DNA from: Eledone cirrhosa
Taxonomy: Eukaryota
Assembly: GCA_964016885.1 (NCBI GenBank)
Contig: OZ024743.1
Coordinates: 111,600,001-111,664,000, forward strand
Length of the DNA: 64,000 nucleotides
Direction of reading: 5' to 3'
Positions 40,010 through 56,530 of the stretch are shown here, in pieces (position 1 is the first letter of the stretch; each line of letters starts with the position of its first letter). The notes beneath the pieces were generated by a model. The model saw nothing but the letters and a program-made list of their open reading frames with translations. It was not told the DNA's origin and made no database searches. The translations under genes and the position numbers were made by a program.

Positions 40010-41349
40010 GCGTGTCCTGTGTGTGCGTATATGTGTGTGTGTCAGTACGTGAGTGTGTGGGCAAATGTGTTCTTTTGAAAGGAAACCACTACACGCCAGA
40101 TGAATAAGTAAACAAATAACGCAAACAACATTATAAATACATATATGAAAAAAAGAAAGAAAAATGATAGATGAGGATGTTGTGGTTGGGGGAAATGACT
40201 TAAAAGCGCGCTTGACATAGTAAACACAAACTAAGTTAATAAGATCAAATACACATGTTTAAAGGATTTTCGGGTTCCAAATTAAGTATAAGAGATTTCA
40301 TGATTCTTAATGGAACGTTTATGAGAGAATGGGCGCGAGAGTGGAAGAGGAAAGAGACGTCAAATGGCAAGACTGGAAGAATATTATATATAATGAAAAT
40401 ATGTTTCCGAACGCTGACTATAAACTTTCAGCATGAAAGGCTATGAAGTGAGGCAGGGGTGCGGTTGTGGAATTCAGTGAAAGAGTGAGAGGAGGGAGAG
40501 ATGGGTTGTTTTTTTTGTTTCTTTTTTTGAAGAGTGGTGTTGGATGAAGGTGGTGTTCAGATTCTTTGTGGGTATGTGCGATTGGTTGGAGTGTGAGCAT
40601 ATGTGTAGCATCAATGACCGGTTGAATTTATATGTAGCTTATCAGTTTCCCAAATCAAGTAATGCCCTCAGCGGCTTCAGCTTTGGTGTAAAATTAGAAA
40701 TCTCCATTTTCTCCTACGTCCGTTCGTTCTTTCTTTTTTTTCACATTTTTCTTCATTTGCCTCTTTTATATGTATATATATGTTTTTATATGGTAGCGTT
40801 GGATTTTCACATTTTTATTTTTATTTTCATGTACTTTTATTCATTACATTACGTTTTTGTTATGGTTATATATATTTACTTTTATTCGTAAATTGCCTAT
40901 ACATCAGTAGTATTTTTTAATGTTTATTTTCGGTGTTTCGAAACTTTTTCCCTTAACTTTGCATTTCATATTTTGCATCAGCAATCACTGGTTGTTGTTT
41001 TTTTTATTAATTTCTAACTCCATAAAATTCTACAACTAACTTCCATCGACCTACAGTTCTAACATAACCTTCTATGCACTTAAATATTAATATCTACACA
41101 CCTAAAATGTACTATTAAAATTATCTCCGAAGATAACGACTACTAACTTCTATTTCATCCATACAAATTCTTCTACACATATGTTACTTCCTAAAACTTT
41201 AGCATTAACTTCTATATAATAATAATAATCAAATAATGAATTTTACTTACATGAAGCAATAACAATTATTTCTCGATGTGGGTTTATTTAATATGTGGTT
41301 TATCATGTCATGTTAGTGTTTCTTATTTCTCTCATGTAGTGTAGTCGTA

Positions 41350-41520
41350 TGGCGGCAAATTGGCAGAGGCATTTGATCATCGGATAGAATGATTTCCGGT
41401 ATTCGTTTCGGATCTCTTTGCGCTCAAGGATCAAATTTGACTGTGCGGTCAATTTTGACTGTTATCACTTCGAGGTCGATAAAGGAAAGACTAGTCCGGT
41501 AATGGGGCTGAGTCTTCCTC
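41350..41520 (+). mobile_element. Old SINE copy
   Basis: ggcggcaaattggcag... and cttcgaggtcgataaa core. Confidence 0.6.
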
Positions 41521-41599
41521 TACGTCTCTTTCTTAATTCATTGGCATGCCGCAGTTTTATCTTCGTGAATTATTTGCCATTTCCCAATCGATTCCACCT

Positions 41600-42290
41600 A
41601 TCATCGACCAACTTCTTGAGTCATTCACTATACATTGCCTTCTATTTCCAAAGATACTCTAGTTTTCTATTCATTTCATGTTTATTCATCTGGGGTGATA
41701 GAGACCATCATTTCAACTATACAACTTTCCTCTACTTTCCCCAGTAGTGTTTCCTCATTTTGCTTTACATGCCAACTCAAAGTTCATTCCCTGCTCGTAT
41801 ACATCTTTTACATCCAAACAAACTTCATCCACTTCTCGTCGTTATCATATAGAGAGCCTTGCAATATCTCTTCGTGGGTGTAAGCCTTGTTCATTATGAT
41901 ATCGTTTATTGTTCGTATATCTAGCTTTTGTAATTTCATACTGCTTACAATTATTAATTCCCACAACATAACATATCAAAGACACAGTCCATCTATTTAT
42001 TACCAGTATTTCATGCCATCCTTGTAACGTCGATTCCATCTTCTGGGATAGTAATTTCTATACATTTAATTCATCTCCTTGTCATTCAAATTGATAACCT
42101 CCAATATCCAAAGATATCTCTCCGTTTTGTTATGCACATCTATTGTTTATTTTCCATTCGGCGACTTGTTTCCACCAATCTTATGAAGTTTCCTTTTCTT
42201 TGGTATAAACACGCCAAAATGTTGCTATCGAAATGTATATCCCTATATACCTCTTCATAACGAGAATGAATTAGCGATGCCATACTTTGG
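41600..42290 (-). mobile_element. Decayed R4/Dong-type RT fragment
   Basis: INRWTVSLICYVVGIN and LHPRRDIARL parallel the SIIRYSAGIL and FHKKSDDDRLY motifs of the 13.1-14.1 kb element. Confidence 0.65.
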
Positions 42291-43619
42291 TTTCTCTGAC
42301 ATTATATCCTGTCTTAGATTAGCGAGCGTGGAAACTTTGGTAAAGGCAAAAAAGATGTGGAGAATCTATGTTACCTTCAGAGATTCATCACTTGGGAATA
42401 TATATCCGAATGGAGTGAGATCTGAATTCAAGCTTTGCATTAATTTCTGGATGAAATTAATTCCTCTCATAGGCACAAAGCCAGCAAATTAATAGGTTGG
42501 ACAAAGATGTTTAAACCAACCTCAGTATTTAACGGATAATTTTATCTGCCCCTTATGAATGAAAGGCAAATGTGATCTTGGCAACTTTTGAAAATATACA
42601 TTTGTACCGCTGTGGGCCATTCCATGCCATCCTGTGCCGTCTTTAATCTTTTTCTTGTGGGGTTAATTAAAGAGACCATTATTATTATTTCTGAAATATC
42701 CACAATACTAGGTACGTGAGGGCGGGGAACAGTCAATAATATAAACCCGAGTATTTGACTGCCATTGAAATTGATATACCCTGGAAAGACGAAAGTCAAT
42801 CTAGAACTCATCGAAATGTATCGTTGTTTATTAGCTTTACTATTAAATTAGTTAACAACTAGGGGTAAACAATATAAACGATATCTGGGATTGAAAAATA
42901 CAATGAGGTTGATGTTTATATTACCAATGTTCTAAAAGGTAAAATTTAAAAAACCCAATCAGAGAAATTGTCTGAATATTTCAGGTTATATTCTTCCTCA
43001 TAGTTCTAAGATCTCTCGCCCTCACGCAGGCCCCATTACCCTCTCTTCTCTCTCTCTTTTTCACTAACAAGGTGGACTAAAACGTTCAAAGATTGACTAT
43101 AAAGGATTGATCCTAGAGCTGTGAAGTCTAGCATGCAATACGTTTAACTTCACTTATTAATATCTGCATTGTTTCATTCATGTGGTCATTCCATGGGAAT
43201 ATCCTGGTCGGCCTATGTACTGTTCAGCATTTGAAGGGTTGTGCAGACCCTCGCATATATCAATATATCGCATACTGCCTAACTTTTCACCGTCCACTGT
43301 CATGCTTAAATGTTTGCTCATGCGTACACACACTCACACATACATAGACACACACATACATACACAAACACACACACTCACACTCACACACAAAATTCTC
43401 TAAATGGCTACAAAAACATTTCAAAATACGGGCGCGAAATTTAATGTACTTGGTCACGTAACACTCATAATTTTATTTATAGCCAAGCAAATTACATTTA
43501 TTTTTTTAAAATGCCTTCGTGAGACAATTTTTTAAGTAAAAAGAAATTTAAACACAAACTGGCGCGAAAGCTGATGTGCTTATTCACGTGACGACATCAA
43601 CCAACCAAGCTTCGCTCAC

Positions 43620-44511
<892 letters not shown>

Positions 44512-44595
44512 ATAAATTAACGGAGCCATAGGCCTTCGCCATTCCCTGTAAATAATGTGCTCAAAGGAGAAGAAATCCTTGCCTCTTTAAAATAC

Positions 44596-46472
<1,877 letters not shown>

Positions 46473-47083
46473 GAATTTGATCAAAGGATGTAGCCTGCTT
46501 AGTATGATAATATATATACGTTGCTTGTGAACTAACTTTCGGTGAGTGTTGTGTTGGTACATTTTTATATTTGTTTGATTATATTTGTTTTCTTATATTT
46601 GTTTTTTCTCGGACGTCGCTTCTGTGTGTGTGAAAGTGTGTGTGTACGCACCCACACTAACTCTACAGGTTTCATACTGTGTTGATGTGTGTATATATAT
46701 GTATATATTTGTATTTGACCTGCAGCCGGTGTATGTGTGTGTACACACTCACATTAACTGTGACTGACTGTATCCCTACATATTTGATTGATGTCCAGCG
46801 TCTTTTTGCAGCGATAGATATCTGAAAACTTTTATGACATCAACTGAAGCTAATAGCAGTCGCCGTGTTTCTGACTAGTGTCCCTCTCCATTTGAGGGAA
46901 TAAATTCTGTGAGAGAACATCGTTATTTTTTCTCCCTCATATCAAGAATTTAAAGACAATTCATTTTCACCTGATGAGGTCAGTGATAATCGATCATGGC
47001 TTCACAATCGATCTATCTCTTATTGAAACATTTGGCGTAATTAAATGATTGGAATTTTACCTTGCCTTCGGATTTTCATTTTG

Positions 47084-47116
<33 letters not shown>

Positions 47117-47261
47117 CGAGGATCGGAATTAAGAGTATTCCGCAGTTCACAGTAATAATAATAATATTAGCTAAAAAAATAATAGAGAATTTTCTTCTGA
47201 GCTCAAATACAAATATATTACACAAAGAGACACACATCTGTGTAACACACTACTATTTGTG

Positions 47262-47296
<35 letters not shown>

Positions 47297-47403
47297 GGGT
47301 ATATCTATACTCTATACACATATATACATAGACATATATGTATATATACTCAGTAATATATGGGCATATTTATACATCATTCACTAAAATATGTATATAT
47401 ATT

Positions 47404-47460
<57 letters not shown>

Positions 47461-47583
47461 CTCTGTGTATATATATATATATATGTATATATATGTGTAG
47501 ATATATATATATGTATATATATATATTTATGTATATATATATATATAATATATATATATATATTAATATATATATATATGTAT

Positions 47584-47622
<39 letters not shown>

Positions 47623-47660
47623 CATACATATATATACATAAATATATGTATGTGTATACA

Positions 47661-47692
<32 letters not shown>

Positions 47693-47750
47693 CATACATA
47701 TATATATCTGTATATATATATATATACAGAGAGAGAGATATATAGACAGA

Positions 47751-47800
<50 letters not shown>

Positions 47801-48003
47801 ATACTTGGGGAGGGTCATATTTGCGTAATATTGCCAGAATTAATAACAGAACACACTCACTGTTCGGTTGGTTTTCGCTTCTCGCTGTCTTTTATATCTG
47901 CGATCTAACTTACTCGGTCCTCAATGTTGCCATTGACTGACCGACGGTCAAAAATAATACAGATACAATATAGACACAAACACATATGTATAGTTTACAT
48001 AAT

Positions 48004-48047
48004 TTACATAAATCTTTCGTTGCACATCTGCAACATCGTCAGTGGTG
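48004..48047 (-). ncRNA. Hammerhead-like motif in the Penelope pLTR
   Basis: cca CTGACGA t-gttgca-gatg-tgcaac GAAA GATTTA tg. Core and stem II are intact; stems I and III are weak. Confidence 0.6.
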
Positions 48048-48328
48048 TTATATTCTTTGTTCCTCCTGTTGTGTTGTATGTCTACGCCATTTTTTTATTC
48101 AGTCTGTCTATATATTTATTTATTTATTTGCTTGTTCGTTTATCTTATTTTATTTTGTCTTCTTTGCGCATGCGTTTGCGTGTGTGTATAGTGTTATGTG
48201 TGCTGTGTGATTAGTGTGTATAGTGTTGTGTCTGCTGGGTGGCTTGTGTGTGTTTATGTGCTTGTTGTTATTGTGCTTGTGTATGTATTTATTTATCTTA
48301 TTTTATTTTATTTGATTTACTTACTTAT

Positions 48329-48802
48329 TTATACTTCTCTTAGGTCAGTGTTGTTTGTTTGGGTGTTGTTGTTGTTGTTCCACTCATTCTTTCTGTTTAG
48401 CTTTGGTCTTCTAATTTCTATTTCACTGGCCTCTCTAATTTGCCTATCTGCTGGGTCATTCCTATGTTTAGATATTATTCTAATTTCTATGTTGTCTATG
48501 TTACCGTCATGTTGTTGTCTAGCATGTTCGTATAGTACTGGCCCGTTTTTTCGTCCTTTTAGTTCCCCCCAGTGTTGGTCTATCCTTTCACCTATGCTAC
48601 GAGCTGTCTCACCTATGTATGTTGTTGTCATCTTTCTGCAAGTACCCTCTGTACATCTTATGCTATAGACTACGTTTCTAATTTTACAGTTTATCCGGGG
48701 GTTCAACTTACATATGATACATTTCCTATTGGTACAGTGGGTTTTCTTAAAAGGGTAGGTTTTGCTGATCAGGGATTTTATGGACAATATCTGTTTCGAC
48801 AC
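48329..48802 (-). CDS. GIY-YIG endonuclease domain of a Penelope-like element (truncated ORF)
   Basis: CTNRKCIIC...C linker, then NVVYSIRC-TEGT-C...YIGETARSIGERIDQH...EHARQQH...RQIREA...PKLN. Confidence 0.88.
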   Translation of the reverse strand: MSKQILSIKSLISKTYPFKKTHCTNRKCIICKLNPRINCKIRNVVYSIRCTEGTCRKMTTTYIGETARSIGERIDQHWGELKGRKNGPVLYEHARQQHDGNIDNIEIRIISKHRNDPADRQIREASEIEIRRPKLNRKNEWNNNNNTQTNNTDLREV

Positions 48803-48995
48803 ACGATTTCATATCAAAAAACCTCGCTAAACTATATATATATATATATATCCCGTTAAGGGTGAAAGCAGCTATTATTTGCTTAAACTTTAATCTGTTA
48901 TTTTAATAAATATTTGCTGTACTTCCTTATATATTTGATATATATTTATCCTTATCGAGCCCTCTTGGGATTTTAGTCTTCAAATTTATTATTAT

Positions 48996-49185
<190 letters not shown>

Positions 49186-49189
49186 GAAA

Positions 49190-50035
49190 ACAGGGAGAAA
49201 GATACGTTTATTAGGAAGAAAATATTTTGTTTCCCTTTTTATTTATTTCTCTCTTTTTTCTATGTTAGAAATGATTAAAACGAAATACTTTACTTTGTGT
49301 GAGGTGTTAAGGTATTAGTTGATTTATTTATTAATTAACAATGGCATTTATTTATTTATTTATATATTTAATAATTGTCTATTACCGGTTTCAGCATTGT
49401 TATGCATTATCAAATGATAATAATATGTATTGGTGTAGAATGGTGGTGTTGGACATGTTAAATAAATGGTGCAGAAAACATAATGTTATTTACAGGCATA
49501 GTTCTTGAAGATAAGGAGATCAAAATGTGTTAATATAGCAAGGGTGCTTGGTTGATCCATGTTGGAGGCATATGGTGGACTGAGGTTTGATATGATTTCC
49601 CTTTTTTAGAGAGTTAATATGCAGGGGGAGGTAATTCATGCTGGATGATATTTCATTTATATAAGAAAAAGGATTAGGTAGGGTGTGAGGGAGGTAACTC
49701 TTTAGAGAGACAAAGGTATTTGTAAATGTTTGATTGTTCGTTCCAGTTTTAGTTTAGTCCGAAGTTTAGTGCATTAAGTAGTGGTTGGAATTTATTAATG
49801 AAATACGTTTCCTTATTGGTACAATAGATGAAATTATGAAATTAGCGTTGTCTATGAATTTTAAATGGGGAAAATTTTAAAGTTTGGATGTTGGTTGGGT
49901 GCACGATTGGCGATATGATCATTAAATGCAATCTTTCTGTATTCCTGTATCTTGATGTGTGATTTATGAACGGTCATACGTTGTCGGAGGCTGTAGTTTG
50001 TCTGTCCTATGTAGTGATCTTGAGAACTTGAACAC
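49190..50035 (-). mobile_element. Second Penelope-like element remnant (GIY-YIG C-half + 3' region)
   Basis: Minus strand CSSSQDHYIGQTNYSLRQRMTVHKSHIKIQEYRKIAFNDHIANRAPNQHPNFKIFP and KETYFINKFQPLLN. Degenerate hammerhead TTGATAA-tgcat..atgct-GAAACCGGTA at about 49381-49412. Confidence 0.8.
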
Positions 50036-50039
50036 TACT

Positions 50040-51610
50040 GCGAAAGTCGGAGCTATTGCAGGGCATGCCTCTGGAACCGGGACTGCGGAAAGCGGAGTCG
50101 GCCTACGCCGACGACGTAACAGTGATGGTGTCGAGCGCCTCGCAAATCGGGGAGGTCGGCACCTTACTGAAGGAATACGAAAGGTTCACAGGAGCGAAGT
50201 TGAACCGGTACAAGTCCATCGGTTTGCAACTCAGATCGTGGAGAGCCAAACCGATGCCTCTCGAAGGCGTCGTCAGACGCTGGACAGAAGGACCAATAAA
50301 GCTGCTCGGGGTCTTGTTTGGTCCCGACCTCCACTGGAACGAGGTGTCGGCCAAGGTGTTTGCACTCACACAGAGTTGGGCCGAGTATAAACTATCATTG
50401 AAAGGTCGAGCGGAGGTGGCGAACACTTTTATAGCGTCCGCCATCTACTACCGCTTGACCGTCGTGCCTTGTCCAGCCAAAACGCTCGCCAAAATGGAGC
50501 GCGCGCTCTTCCAATTCCTTTGGAAGAGGTGGGCTCCTTTGGTGAGAAGATCCATCTGCTGGTGTGGGCCCCGTTCGTGAGGCGAGCCTTCCCACGACTC
50601 GTCTCGCTGACCGAGCTGCAGTCCTGTGTCAAGCAAAGATCGAGGAAAATGGGCGACTGGCACATTGAATGTGCTCAGGCGCTCACAGCCCTCTGGCAGG
50701 CGGACCCGGTGATCAGTGGAGACTCCACTTCGTCATTCTATAGATGGTTGATGCGCATCAAGTGCGACGACGTGCTCGTTGAAACTCTGGGCGTAGAGGA
50801 AGACGAACTGGCCAGTCTGTTCGGTAGCACTTTCCGCCCGGGAGCCATGCACAACTTCTAAAAGTCCCTGGCCTCGCAGTGCTACCGAGGAGCTCTACCA
50901 GTTCGAGACATGCTCTACAGACATGGGTGCCCGGGCAGGGACCCTGCAAAATAGATCTGTCCGAGGTGCGTACGAGACGAAGAAAACGTCGCGCACGCAT
51001 TCACACACTGCCCGGGCGTCACCGACCTGTGGGGCTATGTGGAACGTCTATTGTCGCGGGTGGGACCAATCCAGTTGACCACCGAGTCCATTGTCATGAT
51101 CAAACCGCCACCCTCCTTCAAAGATGAAGGAGAGGCGATTTTCCTTTCTGTGATAGCTAGGGCGAAAGAGGTTGTATGGTGGACAAGGTTGAAAGGGCTG
51201 AGGTCAGACACCTTTCTCTCCGGCCAACAACTGATTCTTTTTTTCAAATACCACTTTCGAAGAAGAATCAGGATGGAGAGAGATGTGCTGTACCCCAGCA
51301 AGTTTTATGAAAGGTGGGTGAAAGTGGCGAAATGGCCCGAGTGAATGGGCCTTCTCTCTATATCAGCCTGTAGGTTGAGGAAAAAGAGGAGGAGAGGAAA
51401 GGAGTACAAACTCTTCGTACTCCTGGAGACGAGGGTTGCACATTTTTTTCGGGGGTATGTGTTACCCATATGTAGTGTCTCCCCCTATTGGGGAAAATCG
51501 ATTAATTTTTAAATTGCATTTGTGATAATATTTTACAGGTTTTTATCGTATGTAAACTTCCCCCTTTGTATTTGTCGCCTTCTATTGTGCCCCTGTGTCT
51601 AATAAAGAAA
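50040..51610 (+). mobile_element. 5'-truncated Tx1-family LINE (different subfamily)
   Basis: AYADDVTV, KSIGLQLRSW, LSLKGRAEVAN and KEVVWWTRLKGL; 3' UTR with AATAAA at 51601. A ~90-nt deletion relative to the 14-20 kb copy. Confidence 0.92.
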
Positions 51611-51699
51611 CATATATATATACAATAATATATGTGTATATACATATACACAGATGGATAGGTAGATAGATACACACCTAAATGCAAACATACCTAGAT

Positions 51700-51990
51700 G
51701 CTTGAATACATGCATACATCTATACATGTATGCATACATACATTTGTACATACAGATAGACATACATACATACATACATACATACATACATACATACATA
51801 CATACATACATACATACATACATACATACATACATAATACATACATACATACATACAGACCTATATATTCTATGGTCTGTTTGCTTTTCATTATTCCATA
51901 TGTTTTTGAAACTTGTCGTTTTGGTTTTTTTCACTTCTTTCTTTATTTTTATTTGTTTGTTGTTCACATTGGACTTCTAACAGTTTGCAT

Positions 51991-52082
<92 letters not shown>

Positions 52083-52172
52083 TTAGTAATAATAGTAGTA
52101 GTAGTAGTAGTAGTAGTAGTAATAGTAGTAGTAGTAGTACTAGTAGTAGTAATAGTAGTAGTAGTAGTAGTA
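51700..52172. repeat. (CATA)n, (TAC)n, (TAA)n and (TAG)n microsatellites
   Basis: Direct reading. Confidence 0.95.
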
Positions 52173-52415
52173 GGACGGTAAAGTGTGCAAAGGACACATC
52201 TGGTCTGGTGGGGCTTCATGTACCAATAGTGAAGGTGGGGTATTACAGTTGGTAGAGGGGTGTATTGATATGATTATATCATTAAATGGATGTATCGATT
52301 TATTTTTAAATGAATATCATATATACAAGCATAAAGACGCACGCGCAAATTGACACACAGAGACACACATACATACACGACATATACACATACATACATG
52401 TACACATATATTCAC

Positions 52416-52472
<57 letters not shown>

Positions 52473-53235
52473 CATATATATATATATATATGTGTATATA
52501 TATATATGTATATACACATATTTATATATAAGTATACATATATATATAAGTATATATATATATATATATATATAAACACAAAGACATATATGTATATACA
52601 CACATCTATATAGGTACGTATAAAGATATATATGTATATGTGAATGCATTCGTACTATATATATATACACACACATATATGTATATACACACATATATAT
52701 AAAAGTATATAAACACATATATATATATATAAATGAGCCTATATTTGAATGGATACATGTTATATATATATACACACATTTTTATGTGAATGGTTGGGAG
52801 CGTATGACTATGACTGTGTGAATGTGTGAATGTGTGTGTGTGTGTACGTGTGTGTCAGGGGGGACATTTAGTATTAGTTTTATAGGATTCTTTGATAGTA
52901 TGTAATTGAAAGTATAACTTTGCTGATAACATATATTGGGTGGGCTAAAGAGTTTGTTACAATCTGAAGCATTGCTATCTAAGTTTTCCATCAGGACATT
53001 TAAATAAGGTTGTAAAATTATCTTATTTTATGTCAGTCAGCTAGCCTTGTGTGTTGGAATACTAAATAAGAAACAAAAAAGAAAAGAACTTTCTCTGATA
53101 TATCACACGGAATTCCGTTTCACGTGATTGGTAGGAGCTAATAGCATATTTTCAGTTCCGTTTAGTTTATCCCTCAACCCATACACTCATATAAATTCAT
53201 TTATATATATATATATATATAGATAGGTATACACG

Positions 53236-53292
<57 letters not shown>

Positions 53293-53293
53293 G

Positions 53294-53326
<33 letters not shown>

Positions 53327-53327
53327 A

Positions 53328-53387
<60 letters not shown>

Positions 53388-54099
53388 GTGTGTGTGTAGA
53401 GAGAGAGAGAGAGAGACATGTTGAGCAAATATTTGTTATTAGTACATACTAAAAGTTTAAGCAAATATTTTCTGCTCTCACACTAAGCAATATCATCATC
53501 ATCATCATCAGATGATGATGATGATGATGATGATGTGTGTGTATTTGTTCAGTCTCTTTACTTTCTAATCCAAGTAAGTCCGAGTTCAAATTTACACTTC
53601 GCCCTTCCGATGTTGATATAATGAAATACGAGTTGGATAGATTTCGGTGGATTTTCGTTTACTGATTAAGCCCAAACATGAAATAAGAGTGACAACTATC
53701 TCGCATCCTATAATAGAGAGAAATGATACCTTCAGAAATGTTGATAAGAAATCCCTATATTCCAAATATGAATTCCCTTGAAAATATGCAGACGACAGGC
53801 AATCAGACGTGTGCATATAGCATACATAAATACATATGTACATAAATCACATTCGCATTTTTCTAATGAAGTTGTATATGTAACCATTAAATGTGTCCGG
53901 TTATGTTTCCACTGTTACTTAAATACGTATTTCAAAATCGATCTTGACTCATACGAAAATAGCTCTGTTACATGTTAGGGACAAGTTACATTTTTGCGAA
54001 TAAACAAAAGTCATAATTAAACTAATATATTCAGAAAAATTAGCACTGTATATATGCACAAACATTGTAAATTTGTTATGATTCTTCCATCGGTGTTGT

Positions 54100-54560
54100 C
54101 GATGTCTGAATATAAATTATGAACGGAGGGTTAAAATTATGAACCCTTGCCGGAGTCCGTCACTCACATTGTGTGGTTTCCAATTAGCATCATTTACCCG
54201 AACCCAAATACTAGGGGATTCGTATAGAGATTTAAGGGTTTCACCATATTGTCTCCGGAAGTTTCTACATGTGCCGTGGAACGCACTCATATGCTTTTTC
54301 TCTGTTAACCAGACGAGCATACACTTCTTAGTAATACTCCAAAGATTTCTCGAAGAATTGCTATAGTGTGTATATGTGGGTGTCTGTGTTGCGCCCTGTA
54401 TGAAAAACACTGTTCTTTTACTAGCTTGGACTCGACAAATCTCCGAACATCCCTTTGCTAGATACTCAGTATAGACTTTACCATAGAGACGTAACAAGAA
54501 GATCCCTCTATACTTGGAACAATCTATATTTTCTCTCTTTTGGGAAATCGATATTATCTC
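54100..54560 (-). mobile_element. Decayed RTE-type RT fragment
   Basis: LKSLYESPSIWVRVND...VSDGLRQG. A frameshifted EKAY.RVPR motif lies upstream. Confidence 0.7.
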
Positions 54561-54589
54561 TCCCGATTGCCAATGCTTAGGTGCCTAGG

Positions 54590-56315
54590 CAGAGACCCTA
54601 GCCACCCAACACACACAAGTCAGCTCCAGAATACCTTCTCTATTTAAGTTTTTAATATTTCAAGTTTCTCGTGAATGTGTTCAAAGTTTTAGAAGGCGGG
54701 AGGCTGAAATAACCGCCAAAATCGCATGAGCTTTTGTAGCAATGTATCAGATTCAGTATTCAGTTATCGGAAGAAGATTGGTAAGTGTAAAAGACAAACT
54801 CGCTATCTTCAATTTCATATATACTTCAACACAAGAATCATGGATAATGAATACGAACTCGAATGAAAGCAGTCGTAATGCGAAAACGCAAACACTAACT
54901 CAAGCACTACCATCACCGCTACCGACACCACCAACCCCACTGCAGCAACAACAAGTCACTGATATAGATAAGTATATGAAAGGCAACAACAATGACTGAA
55001 TCGTAACATCAACAACAGTAACAGTAAGAATAACAACATCAACAACATTAGCAGCAACAAAATAAACTCAGTATTGTCAACCGGTGATACCAACTCGGTC
55101 AAAAAGCAGAGCGTGAGACTTCGCAACAACAAAAAAAGGAGAATGTCTCGAAATCAGCCGTTTCCTTCGGAGAGTCAACAAAGTGCAGGGAAACGGTGTT
55201 GGTGGTGAACCCAGCGGAGATGGTAGGCAACGTCTTATGAAAGAATGACGGAGTAAAACTGAACCCAGAAAAGTCGGTGGGTTTACAGTTCGGCTCTTGG
55301 AGAAGAAAATCCATGACGTTCAACAGCGTCGTCATACGCTGGATTTGCCAGTGAAGTTTTTTTATGTCTAGTTTAGACAAGACATTCAGGTGAATATGAA
55401 CTGGGTATCTGGCTTCTGGAATGTTGCCAGACACTTACTCCCCTCTACCAGGTGGACAATGTCGTCAGTAGAACTTACACTCTCGAGTTCTATAGAGGAT
55501 TAGGGGTGGGCAGGTGCAACGACCAGTCTGTTTCGGAGGACCTTTAAGGCGGTGACTATGGATAACTTCCAGAAATCCATCGCTAATAGTGCTACCGGGG
55601 TGCACTGCCGGTTCGAGTTAAATTGTACAGGCAGGGAAATGCTGTCAGACGGACCTGCCCGCGATCCGCGCAGAACGACGAAACTCTCTTGTACGCAATC
55701 GTCCAGCGTCTATGCATTACAGACTTGTAGATTTATGTCGCGTGTAGTTGTTGTCGCGTGTAGGACGGATCCGGCTCTCGGCCGAGTCCATAGTGAAGAC
55801 CACTCGGTCCCTTCTTTTCGCCCGGAAAGGCAGGCAGTTATCCTCTGTCTGGTGGCGGTAGCCAACAGGTTGTGTGGTAGAGTAGGTTGAAACGACTGAA
55901 GACAGACACTTTTCTCTTTGGCAAATCCTTCATTAATTGTGTTAAGTTTCACTTGGAAACGAAGTCGAGGGTGGAAATCGAAGTGCTGCCACCAACCCCC
56001 AGTACATTTACTAATATGTGGGTGTATGTGGCCAGAATGGCCCCTGTGAATTGGCCTACTCTGAGCATGCGCCTGTAGTCTGGTTAACGTGAGCGGGCGA
56101 GGAATGTCCTTCTCGGGTGACCTCCAAGCCTCAGATGCTTCAAGATTAATGGGGTACATGAATCGACCTTGTGTGGTTCGACCTCCGTTGGGGGAATTTA
56201 TTACGTTATATTTTATTGTCAATTGTTTTTGTTATTGTGTACTGTAAACCCCCACTGTTCCTGTTTTTGCATTAACCCCTGTATGTCGCCCCTGTGGCCA
56301 ATTACCCAATAAATG
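54590..56315 (+). mobile_element. Internally deleted Tx1-family element
   Basis: Possible 5'/ORF1-like Thr/Asn-rich start, then KLNPEKSVGLQFGSWRRKSM, MDNFQKS, LKTDTFLFGKSFINCVKFHL and VARMAPVNWPTLSMRL; AATAAA at about 56308. Confidence 0.78.
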
Positions 56316-56337
56316 ATTATTAGTAGTAGTATTGTTA

Positions 56338-56530
56338 TAATGCTTTGTGGCATAGAGTTACGGCCTTTTAGGTTCTGATTTCAAATTTCGCCGAGATTAG
56401 CTTAGCCTTTCATCCTTACAGGATCGATAAAATAAAGCACCAGTAATGCACTGGAGTTGATTTAATCGACTTTCACATCCCTTTCAAATTGCTGGCCTTG
56501 TGTCTAAAGTAGAAACACTTATTCTTATTA
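56338..56530 (+). mobile_element. SINE directly 3' of the Tx1 tail
   Basis: B-box, core and tail match the window consensus. Confidence 0.85.

Larger units (their letters stand above)
47795..48830 (-). mobile_element. 5'-truncated Penelope-like element (Neptune/Nematis-type)
   Basis: C-terminal GIY-YIG ORF, a downstream hammerhead-like motif, and (TA)n on both flanks. Confidence 0.85.
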
